A stretch of 64,000 nucleotides of DNA, taken from contig OZ076409.1 of NCBI GenBank assembly GCA_964187785.1, positions 18,538,001 to 18,602,000 of the forward strand, read 5' to 3'. The notes beneath the pieces are model-generated. The model did not search any database. It saw nothing but the letters and a program-made list of their open reading frames with translations, and had not been told where the DNA came from. This stretch comes from Amphiscolops sp. MND2022 (lineage: Eukaryota). Both the position numbers and the translations under genes were made by a program. Positions within the stretch are counted from its first letter, which is position 1, and each line of letters begins with the position of its first letter. Positions 25,936 through 36,659 of the stretch are shown piece by piece.

Positions 25936-27147
25936 TATTACGATACACATCCCGGTAAAATGGATTTAGGACACGCAGCGTAATCTGTGTAATCCGTAAA
26001 ATGGTCATTCAGCGTAAGTTAGTCAAGACGGTCTATGCTTCAACGGTGTAGCTGTGTCAACGCGCGTGATGGAAATTAGTGTAAACTAGTCAAAGCACGT
26101 AGTTAGTGAAAAGTGGAAGTTAGTCCAAAGATACTCGTTTTCGTAATTCAGTCAAAACTTTGACTAACTTCCACTTTTTGCAAATTGCAGATCGCTATAC
26201 TTGCAACAAGTGGAAGTTAGTCAACGTTTTGACTAACTTACACCATGTTTATATGCATTCAAAACTCAGTGTTCATTTTAATTCCAATTCATACCACAGC
26301 ATCGTAAACCAGTCAAAGTAAACAATGATTCAATAAAGAATTAGTTATCAATACTAAGTTCTACCGTGCATAGTACGTATAAACTGCATTCAGTGCAAGT
26401 TGCGCACGTGTACATGTGTATTTAATCCGCGCATTTACGTGCAAATAAACTGCCTCGTAGCTACTAATTAGTACAATTATAACAATTGATTGATCTGTGA
26501 CCGGGTTTCCTATTTTAAGAATATACAATTTCAAAGCAGCCCTCATCAATAGTTGCTCAACTAATCTTAATTTTGGTCCCTGTCGTGAGCAAAGCACGGT
26601 CACCGGAATTTTTGGTTAACTTGTTATTTTGGTCTGCGTATTTTGAGCCAGGGTTTTGACAAGGATCTATTTTGATCCCTGTCGTGAGCAACATCAAACA
26701 AATGAATGTAGGTCTCAATGAAGGGGCGATTGCTTCATTGAACTTGGTAATTTTGGTCCCTGTCGTGAGCACTTCCGTTAGTAATCAGATTGACTGTTTA
26801 TGCGATTTGATACTGTGTATGCGAATCAAGCAGTGTAGTTATGAGTCGGCGTGTGTAGCTCACCAGAACAACCCGTAAATACCAGAACTATGTGTAAATA
26901 TGAGATGCACAGTGTAGTTAGTCAAATTCCGTAAAAACGCTGTTTGGTGTAAACTAGTCGATTACTGTACTATCCAATGGTGTAAACTAGTCGGAGTACG
27001 AAGCTGTGTCAACTAGTGTAGCGTCCTATCAATGTGTGTAATATGCGACAAGTGTAAAACTTCCAAAAAAAATATTCGCGCTCTGATTGGACGAAAATCG
27101 AACTAGCAGGATCCTGCTAGTTCGTTACCGGGATGTGTATCGTAATG
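25936..27147 (+). mobile_element. CACTA/EnSpm-like non-autonomous TIR element, inserted in Gypsy-C pol
   Basis: 23-bp TIR (t/c)attacgatacacatcccggtaa; 2-bp TC duplication whose removal restores the frame D-Y-L-E-D-W; many subterminal AGTCAA/TTGACT motifs; 26-bp palindrome at 27099-27124. Confidence 0.88.
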
Positions 27148-27299
27148 TCTTGAAGACTGGATTGACGTGACGGAAGAAGCCAGTCGCGACTATATACTGT
27201 CAACACATGCTACTAATGTGCCTTCGCGTGCTATTTACGCTCTGGTTGAGGCCCTTGGGTGTCAAACAAGCTATCTTGGCCCTTCGCCACGTGGACACT

Positions 27300-28210
27300 G
27301 AATTGCATGAACGCGCCAACACAGTACACGGCGTCAAAGACTTAGTGATACCCCAGTACCGCGATGTTCAGAGTGGGTACTTTAATGAGCTGTTCCAGTA
27401 TGACCATATGAAAATTTGCCCCTTCGACAATAACATTACCGGTATTCTAGTGATCATTGTTCATTTCTCAAAATAAGCTGAGGCTGTGTCTTACAGCTAT
27501 AATGAATATAACGCAACCACCACATCTCGCTTGCCTTCTACCGAAGTGGTTTGCCCGACATGGCGCGCCTACTCGAATGCAGTCTGATAACGCTCCTTAC
27601 CTGACCGCTGAGGTCTCCGACGAATTCATGAAGGCTTCACAGTTCACTAAAGTCACTTCAACCGCATGTCATCCTCGAATTCAGAGGCTGGTTAAGCGAC
27701 CAAAGCGCAGATTGTTCACGACGAATGCGTGATTGGGGTCAGCATTTGGAGGAAGTATTGGGTGCCAAAGCTCTACTTGGTTTGCCACCACAGGCTTCTT
27801 GCCTTACATGTTGACTTGTGGTCCTGAAAAAGCTATCCCAGTTACGTACCTTGATCCTGAGTTTGCTGCAAAATCTTTTGAAACGCATGAAGCTTACGTG
27901 GATCATGCGTTGGCTCGGCAACAATTCACGACTTGGTGAGTGGAAATGATCACATAGAACTGATGGGCCAAAAGCATAAGTATGACCGTGCCATACGGGC
28001 CAAAGAGTACCAAACTGGTGTACTTGTCTGGGTTGTTTGTCTGTATGTCCCACAGAAAGGCTCACCCAAGCTGATGCGCGGATGGCGTGATCCGTATCGG
28101 GTGGTCCAAGTGCTGGACGATGGACGTGTGTACATTATAAACACAGGTCGTAAAGTTCATTTCGAACGTCCTAAATTGCATCAGAGCGGACCTACTTGGA
28201 TACTGGGGAA
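27300..28210 (+). pseudogene. pol: Gypsy-C integrase core and C-terminal part
   Basis: LFQYDHMKICP, WFARHGAPTRMQSDNAP, TGFLPYMLTCG, KLMRGWRDPYRVV...VHFERPK. Confidence 0.88.
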
Positions 28211-28914
28211 ATTGTAGCCGTGATGGACCCACAGTCCGATTGCTCAGTTGAGGCAATTAACGATGATTTGTCTCAGTCTTCTTATCGATCTGAACAACTG
28301 CTTTCAGAGGCTTCGGATGTGCCTTTGCCTTTGCGCAGACGCCATTGGATGGATACCGGACTCCGCACTAAACTTCGTGCAGTTGATCTTGCATGCACTA
28401 CCAACAGTTCGACTACTCTTTTTCTGGCACGGATGATGAGTTATCCGAAGCCATGTAACCGATTCCTACCCACCAACAGCCATCGGATAAACCTGATGTG
28501 CTTGCTGAACAAAATCTTGAGCCTGAGGCTCAGGACTTTGTCTCAGATGCATCTTTCATCGAGTATATTCCTAAGTTGTTTTCTGACCATGATCCTGCGC
28601 GCTCTCTGTCTCCACAACTGTCGGCATCAGACCATGCTCAACCGCAAACAGGCCGCACGAGGCTAATTGTTCTGTTGATTTTTTGCCCGTCCATCCTCAC
28701 CATCGTTAAATGGTAGTCTACGGTCTACTCTTACCCTCCCGACCGCTCCTTCTTTCGAGAGGGGGAGGGAGAGGCCACGCAAGAAATCACGATTTCCTCG
28801 AAAGAAAAGGCCGCCGAGCAAAACAAAGTAGCCCCGGCTGCAAGAACGGAGGTCCAGACCGGGTCACAAGATCGCTACCAGTTGCGAAAGAATCGCCAGC
28901 CTCGACATAAATGT

Positions 28915-30180
28915 GGAACATCTATGCTGCACAATTGTGTTTGTATCTTGGCGGTAAATGAGAACCGAAGGAACAACCAGTTGATGAATGGATTCAGTGT
29001 ATCATGGTACGAGATGAGAAGGCTTTTTCAGAAGTTGAACGGACAGAAAATTATTCCGTTGAGGTGATTCTTCAGCAAATTACAGGGGCAGGGGTCACAA
29101 AAGCACCATGCCCCCAGTTCAAAGAATGGACGAATGACGGCAGAGGCCTGGAGTGCACGTTGTTGGCTACCGTGATTCCTCCTGTTCTTCCTGGCATTGC
29201 ACTTGGCCTATTATATTTCGAGCCAGAGCCGGTGCAGATGGCACGATGCAACGTAACAACGGACCACCTGCTCGACCGATGTGGCGTGCAGGTTGAGCCG
29301 GCAGCATTTACAGCCCCGTATTGGTGGTTGCTGGTGACAGCACCTTCAGTAGATACACTGATAAGCCCGCAGCACTTGCTCGCATGTCGGGAAAGTTTCA
29401 GAACTTCCACTGGGAAGAAATATTTCTATTCTTCCAAATCATCGACTGGTATCGGGCAAAGTGAAATTCAGCGGGTGGCTAAAGCTGGTGTTATCTCATG
29501 TTTTGCGTTATCTGCGGATCCGTTTATTGGACGTGTGGACTCTCACCTTTGCGGAACCGCTGCCTTAAAAAGCAGTGTTGAGCTTTTTGGACACTTGGGT
29601 CCGGGCAAACGTTGATAACCAAGTGTTGCCGCGCTCCGTGTGGCAAAATCTGGCCACCAATGGAACGAAGCACTCCTTGATTAAGGCAGCCCCCAGGCAA
29701 TGAACCTGACCGGGAGATAGTGTATTCCGACGTATTACGACCCAACTTGGTCGAGTATATTCCCTACGACATGACCAATTTCTTACAGGCCGAGGGCGAC
29801 ATTGCATTGGTTTTTCCAGTCGACTTGGAAACAAACTCTACTGCGATGCGTTTTGTACTGCGCGAGTGTGGGAAAGAACAAAACCTTTCGACCCAAAACA
29901 GGGGAAATCCTAACGGTGACCCCAGCGATAACCAATAACCCCTCCCTAACCATTCACTTATTGATCGTGCCAGCTCATCAGCGTGCGCCGCTGATAGCTG
30001 ATGACCTCCTACTGACAGATGTGCACCAAGTATTCACTTCCCCATACTGGATCTCGAACAACCGGTGTATTCATTGGTCAATCTCTACGGGATCATGTTG
30101 GACCTACTTGCAGGGGCCAATATTAACGTGATTCTGCATAATTCTGTGTACGTGTTGATACTAGGTATCGAAATGGGAAA
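28915..30180 (+). pseudogene. Gypsy-C accessory ORF 1: unknown N-terminal part + C-terminal TARG1/OARD1-like macrodomain (frameshifted)
   Basis: Stitched frames VEYIPYDM...DIALVFPVDLETNSTAMRFVLRECG...PKTGEILTV...LTIHLLIVP...IHFPILDLEQPVYSLVNLYGIMLDLLAGANINVILH follow the TARG1 motif spacing (by-eye comparison with recalled sequence). Confidence 0.55.
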
Positions 30181-30499
30181 GTAAATCAGCAGTTCTCACA
30201 CACACTCCTTAGCCTAATTCTTCACTTTAAGGCTTTAAACCCCTGTTAGTTAATAGTAGCTGAGTTAGCCCTCTTCATCTACTGGCACCCTTCCTCGCTA
30301 ACGCTTTATACGTAATAGTGCCCTATGCACTTCCTAGAAGTTGATGCCACTTAATGTAGTATCCACCACATGTATATGGTCGAGCCCCCTTACGGAGTTC
30401 TTGTTTTAGGTTTAATCGTGTTGTTCTTTAACTGAATCTTGGGTGTAATGGGTACATCTTGTTGGACCTATGCTAACATGCTAGCACTGTACGTCTATT

Positions 30500-31990
30500 C
30501 GAAGTTGCTCGAGCACAGTGAATCAACCAATCGAAATACTTAGGGGAAACGCTACTCGACAGAGTATCTCCTGCCGCTGTTGCTGGCATGACTGCACTGC
30601 TTGCACAGATTGAGGCACAACAGACACTCCGCAGCTCGGCAGGCTCTATTGTAGCTGACGAATCGGGACACAATTGCACCATGACATGTTGTAACATCAT
30701 CCATCAATTTCAAGATGACCGGTCAACAACCAAGGATGGGCGAGCAGCCATACGGTATTTGAGGAAGGTTTGCTCTACGCGAAGGTGAGACCTGGGAAAC
30801 CATGGCACGTATGCCTGCGACCTGTAATTGCTGGCCATCATTCCCAAGAATCGGGTTCAACGGACCCGGTACTGTGTGATGATAGATTCAACCATCCCTT
30901 GCGATCTAAACTATGACAACGTCATACCTGATGTGATGGTGGTGACCATGCCACTGTCGCGCCCACCCGGAATGGCTGAAGTGATGGTATCAATGTTTGC
31001 CCCCGAGCTCGAGGGCTCCCAAAATGAACCACCTCCAAAGACGTTTGTCTTTGCCAATCTGACTGACCACTTGGCTTGTGAAGTTCTCCACCAGAATTTG
31101 CAGCAATTGCTGTGCGTCATGGGTTTCAATGAGGCGCTTGGGATGAAGTTGCGCGGTTGCTTCACCAAGCAGCAATTTCCATGGAAGGGACCGCTGAGAC
31201 ACTGCGCACCCAGCTCAGCACCCCTGCGATACTTGTCTCCCCGCCCGGCATGATGTATTGGGTCGTGCGTTGCAACAGTTTGTTCACATGTTGACCGAGG
31301 TGTGTTCGGCCCGGCGAGTGGCTTTCTTCAACTGTACGCCCAACATGCGCGTTGGGCAGGAAGACTTTCGTCCTGCCGCGCAATTGGCGCACGCCTACCT
31401 GTCTGCCATTTCACAATTGTTGCAGTCCACAGAGCTGAGTTGAAACGCTCAGTTGACGTGGTATGGTGCCATATATTATGACCAAGGTATGCGGATGAGA
31501 TGTCTAACGTTCGGTCAGGAAGGTCACCGCCTTCTCCTTTACGCAACTTTGGCCGAGCGTGAGCACATGTGCAGATACAACTGGCTGATGCGCGAAAGCC
31601 GCACGACCACCGTGAAGGCAGACTTGGCCGTTGTGTGGGATCCAGTTGCTCAATGCCCAGGGAACTGTGAAGTGGAACGAACCGTACCTCAAATTGGCTT
31701 CGCTGAAGATACTGAGATTATCAATTTGCCACTGGGTCTACGATACATCGTGGCCCGTGAAGCCGTTATCCTCGGACAGGAGGTGCAAGCTTGCGAGCGC
31801 ACCTATGCAGAGTGGTAACATTACCTATGGCAGCTCGCGCGCTGTCGGTGTCCTTCCCAGCTTTAATGACAAGTTTCGGCCTTGGCTGGAATTTGGACGT
31901 CATCACTGATGAATTCAAACGGAACAGGGCCAGGTGAAACAACTGACTGAAACATTGGAAGCTTTGACCGTCAATGGGTTGCTAGCTTGC
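30500..31990 (+). pseudogene. Gypsy-C accessory ORF 2: SGNH/GDSL-esterase-like fold (frameshifted)
   Basis: CVMIDST / VVTMP / TFVFANLTDHL / LRTQLSTPAILVSPP / LQQFVHMLTEVC...VAFFN / EDFRP...YLSAISQLL follow the SGNH block order. Confidence 0.5.
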
Positions 31991-32259
31991 TAGCAGTGCA
32001 AAAGAGTGGCCTAATTGTTTTGGGTGAGGTATTGTTCCTACAGAAAAAACAGCATTATTCAGAAACCTTGTTCAAACTGCGCTCATCTCTGCAGCACTGG
32101 AAACTTGCTGAACCAGTAGACCAACCCATGACGCCGGAACAATCTTAGGAGCACGTTGCGGACTAGAAGAAGAAAACGAGGACGAAGACGACTCGTTGGT
32201 GGACAACTGAGAAGATTGTCCCAGAAGAACAAGTGTCTGATTCTTGGAGTCTCTGATTT

Positions 32260-32370
32260 TGTGTCTCTGGGAGATTGGGCTACTGTGTCTCTGGGCGATT
32301 GGGCTATTGTGTCTCTGGGAGATTGGACTCTAGTGACTCTGGGAGTTCGAGCTATTGTGACTTTGAGAAC
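32260..32370 (+). repeat. 24-bp tandem repeat (tgtgtctctgggagattgggctac), ~4.5 units
   Basis: Units start at 32260, 32284, 32308, 32332 and 32356, with decreasing identity. Confidence 0.9.
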
Positions 32371-32388
32371 TAAATTCAATGTGAAGAG

Positions 32389-33008
32389 ATGGCAGAACCT
32401 AAACGTTTCGATATCAACAAAATTAAAAAGTTCCTGAACAACTCGGCTGACAAAGCCCGTTGAGTTATTGGAATGCAGCTGTCGAGCACGGTAAAGCTGT
32501 CAAAGAAATTGATGAGAACCTGGCTAGCAATGTTGACGACAAGCAGGTAGCAGATATACTGTTAAGACGAACAGATGCCATAAACAGGAGAGATCGTCTC
32601 ATTAAGGCAGTCGAAAATGCATTCAAAGTCAAGTACCAACCGCAGTTACCCGAAATGTTCTCAGCCGTGAACAAAGCAATGCAGAGCCGATTGGTTGAGT
32701 TGCAGCAACAAAACTCTAGCGTTCGAAGTGTACAAATACTGATGTCAGCATTGCAAGATGAAGAACAGATACTAAACTACTTGGATCTTGACGAAAAGAA
32801 ACGTGCTATTGATGAAAGAATGGTTAGCAACAGAAATTGGCGGGATGATTCAATTGCAAATGGCAAAGACGCCAACAAAGAAGATTATGTTTCAGCATGT
32901 CAAGAATTGCTCCAGAAAAGGTCTGATATAAAAACAAAAGATGAAACTCTGCTGAAGTCAGGAGACGAGCCATTTTGCGAAGTCTTGAAGACGCTGAACA
33001 AAGAATAG
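32389..33008 (+). pseudogene. Coiled-coil-rich ORF of unknown function (one frameshift near 32460)
   Basis: MAEPKRFDINKIKKFLNNSADKAR joins 182-aa ORF 32460-33008, which is rich in E/K/Q/L. Confidence 0.5.
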
Positions 33009-34254
33009 CAGACGCTCGTGTAAACTCGGCAGCAGACAAATCCAGTAAAAATGGTACGTCACACGGACACACCGGCTAAGTTTTGAGGTCATTCGCCCAC
33101 TATTACCCCCTTCACCCCTCACATGTGTGGTAATCAAGGTCATTTGAGCCAAACTGTAAACATTGCTACTTACCCCTATGACCACGTTAAAAGGTAACTC
33201 TGTAGAAATTAGTGATTGTTACATTGTGCTAACATGCTTTCGAGCCCACTTAACCCACATTCAAGACCCACACTATGGTTTGTTTACTTAGCCAATAACT
33301 TCATATTATGCTCTAAATGTCATTTTGTTTATCCTTACTTATATTTGCTCATGTTTACTCTAGAATTGTAAACGATATGTATACCATTATTCAAAAGGGA
33401 TTTTCAAGACCGAGTAGCTATTGTAAAGTTGGGTCTCAGGACTGCGAGACTAATTATCTTTTCTCATCTTTTCAGCATTTCGCTAGAGTTAGAGCGAACA
33501 AGTAGCTACTCTCATAGTAGGAGAGCCGGAGCGCGTAAAGATACAGTGCGGGAAATTTGTGCTGGGTCACATCGGATCCATGTCAGTGTAAAGCGGGATC
33601 ACCACGAGATTCCACGGGTCACATTGGACCCACCAGTCAAAAGATACAATCCTTTAAAACAAGAAAACCAGGAAAACGGTCCACAGCACTAAGCAACGGA
33701 TCAGGGCGGCGTAAAGCTTGTCAAGCCTCAGCGCAGGATAAGGGCAAGCAACCGTTACATTTGGTGCCGCGTTGATTGAATCCATTGATGGTTTAACTAT
33801 CGACACAGACACAGAAATCTTGGTTTCGTCTCCTAGACGACGAGGCCCTGTGGGTGACAGTACTCCTGCCTCAGAGGTGCCTCCTCGCAGTCGACACAAG
33901 TCCGTTACACAGCGAAGGAATGTGCTGATCAAATGAGTGCAAGGATGCATCGAAAAATTGTCATGCTACAAAAGTGATTTTCGCCGAAACTTGTTGCCTT
34001 ATTCCTCGCGGTGCTTACCTAATCGATGCAATTTTTAGTTTATGTTACCTATGTAGCTTGTATTTATAGTACGCCGCGGGTGTATGGCCTTTGAGTGGGC
34101 CTGCCTCGCGTGTTTGAGTTACCTAATTCAACAACAGTTCAGAAGATAACCAAGTGAAAAGGATACCTTTTTGTTGCTCCTTAGCACTTCGCGCGGTGTT
34201 GGTAAAATTGAGTCTCTTTGTGAAAAGGCGAGAAAAGAATATTTATCCCAAACT

Positions 34255-36274
34255 GTAGCTCTAATGTTGTGTAGTGTGAACTCTATTAACTGCCCCTGTA
34301 GTTGCGTAGCCTGTCAGCTCCTCGAAAAAAGAAAATTTTGCGTACAAATTGTAAAAATGGAAAACCGAAAAAACTAACTTCAAGAGATCTTTTAGCTGGC
34401 AACAGCCTCAAAAAACGTTTCAACCTCAAGAAATGGCAGATGCTATCCAAAATTCCTAGCGGTTGAGCTGGTGCTAAACATTATCGTTTTTGGTAAAAGT
34501 ACGAGGTCTTGAAATAAAAAACAGAAAACTCCCCGACGGCGCTACTTCAAAACCAGATGGCCAACAAGGATTCGTCCTTGTTCTGTGACAGCTGGTGACG
34601 TATCCACAGCACTGGATACGTCACCTGTATAACGGCATCCTGGATAACGGCATCCTGGATAACGGCATCCTGGATAACGGCATCCTGGATAACGGCATCC
34701 TGGATAACGGCATCCTGGATAACGGCATCCTGGATAACGGCATCCTGAATAACGACATCCTGTAATCAGACTAAAATTTGACAATTTTTGAAACTTTCGT
34801 TCAAATCTGCCGTGGCATCTTGAGCATGTTTTTGACGAAGTACCTGTTTAAAAAGCAAACAAAACACGGTCAAAACAGCCGCCTCACGAGAAAAAACGAG
34901 ACGACTGAGAAATCAGACAGTCGGAAAAGTTGAAACGTGCCAAAACATGGTGTTTGCTCGCAGGATCCTGTATTTTACGTTGCCAAACCCAGAGTTCTGA
35001 TGACAACCCAAAGAGTCTACCCGTGCCCAGGGGTTTTTGCCCAGCTCGAGCGCTGGTGCCACAGTGACCCAAGATCCACTGCTTTCTCCGAACTGGACTC
35101 TAATATCTTAATTTGTGAGGTATTTGTATTTAGATTGTAGTATGCTCGAGGGCTATTGTCATTTATTTGTAGTTTTTATTTACCCAGATTCCCACTAAGG
35201 AAATTCAGTTATCAACAACCAACAGTTTTTATGAGCTATCTACACGGTGGTTGCAAACCCCAGTTCAACTCAGGTGATTCCAAGCAGTTACAGATTGTTA
35301 TCAGGCCAGAGAGCATCATTTGAGACGGTTCCCATCCTCGGGACCGACAACCCGTAGGAGGTAAAATATGCTGGTGTCATGGTGATTTTTCCCGGACCAT
35401 GCCCATGGTACCAATTCCTCCACTCTTGTTGCGTCACAAACGCTTAGCTCTTGCTGTTAAATGACAAAATGATTCATGGATGGGCGCCAATTACCAATAT
35501 TAACAGCTAGGTGATATTCGAAAATTTGGAGATTTTCGAACCCCTTCAACATACTATGATCAGTCACCGACATGCTATTCATAATATGACCATACTAATA
35601 TCGTAGTATGGCATTCATTATCCATCATGACCATACTATGAGATGGTATGATTCATCGTTTTCGAATATATCGGTCCACCTGGGTATGAAAATCTATGAA
35701 AGATCTAACTCTTAGTTCCAAAATATAAGATCAATCTTCTACTTTTGAATTAACAATTAGATTTCTGCAACATTACTGTTGAACACATAGTGTAATTCAT
35801 TCACCATGTTTTTATAACTCCTAACTTTTCCAATACGATACATGGGCTGCAAAAGTGAATTTTTATTATCAGGTGTAATATGTTTTAGGTATAAAACAAT
35901 CTCGAACCGTATTTTAGTTCTTGTCATTAGATGAACGTCTCACTGTCATTGATTTCGGTTTCATAGTTTTTTTGAACTGAAGGTAATTCGCTAAGAGATG
36001 AACGCTTGAAAAACGTTATTGATTCTGGAATTTGTTGGGATACAATCGAAATTTGTAGTTCAGGATTCCAAAATCTTGTCATTCCAGGAATGTTACAAGA
36101 AAATCAGATAACTAAGTTTTCTGGAGTTTTCTAGTTTTCCATGCTGCTTCCATGCATGCAAGGCAAATTTTCTACAAAACAAGGGAAATTTTGCGAGTCT
36201 ACTTGGAAAAACTTTGTAAGATTAAAATGCTGCTTCAAATAGTTAAATGAAAAGTGAAAACATTCCCACTCCTT
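34255..36274 (+). repeat. Duplicated block, copy B (circularly permuted relative to copy A)
   Basis: 34255-35459 matches 16381-17534; 35466-36274 matches 15541-16356. Confidence 0.88.
34629..34763 (+). repeat. 15-bp minisatellite (ataacggcatcctgg) x9
   Basis: Seven perfect units plus two variant terminal units; preceded by a 13-bp inverted repeat at 34594-34625. Confidence 0.97.
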
Positions 36275-36573
36275 TGGGAACCTTGGAACCCATTGTCTCC
36301 CATTGGGACCCTTCATTTTCTGGAAAATACAACTTATGTAATCAACGTTAGCCAAAATGCTAGCTGAAATGACGCTTTGGTATCAATAAAATAAGAGACG
36401 TCGAATTGCATTAAAATGGTGGTAGAGTTGATGCAATTTAAGCTGTATACAAAAAGATCTAATGCATAACAAACATTGTGAAACATCATCGTTCCAAATT
36501 GCGACCAAATTTAGGATGAACCTTTAAGGGAGCTTTGTAAATTTCAATCGAATCAGTGGCATTTTGATGCAAG

Positions 36574-36659
36574 AAAATTTCCTTCAGAGGTCAATAAAAG
36601 TTTGATAAATTAGCTTAAGCTAATTTATCAAACTTTTATTGACCTCTGAAGGAAATTTT
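36574..36659. repeat. Perfect 86-bp palindrome, no spacer
   Basis: 43-bp arm aaaatttccttcagaggtcaataaaagtttgataaattagctt followed directly by its exact reverse complement. Confidence 0.97.

Larger units (their letters stand above)
20750..33010 (+). mobile_element. Gypsy-C: large decayed Ty3/Gypsy element with a 3' accessory ORF region (LTRs not identified, ends approximate)
   Basis: gag-PR-RT-RH-IN on the + strand, followed by further same-strand GC-rich decayed ORFs. Confidence 0.75.

Noticed and set aside
26570-26771. CRISPR array (22-bp repeats with unique spacers)
   Set aside because: Only three repeats, unequal long spacers with internal similarity, located inside a eukaryotic TIR element, and no cas genes.
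34629-34763. CRISPR-like array or a real GCRYP-repeat protein (ORF 34542-34784)
   Set aside because: Contiguous 15-mers with no spacers and no cas genes. The ORF is a by-product of the expansion, and the repeat is absent from the paralogous copy.
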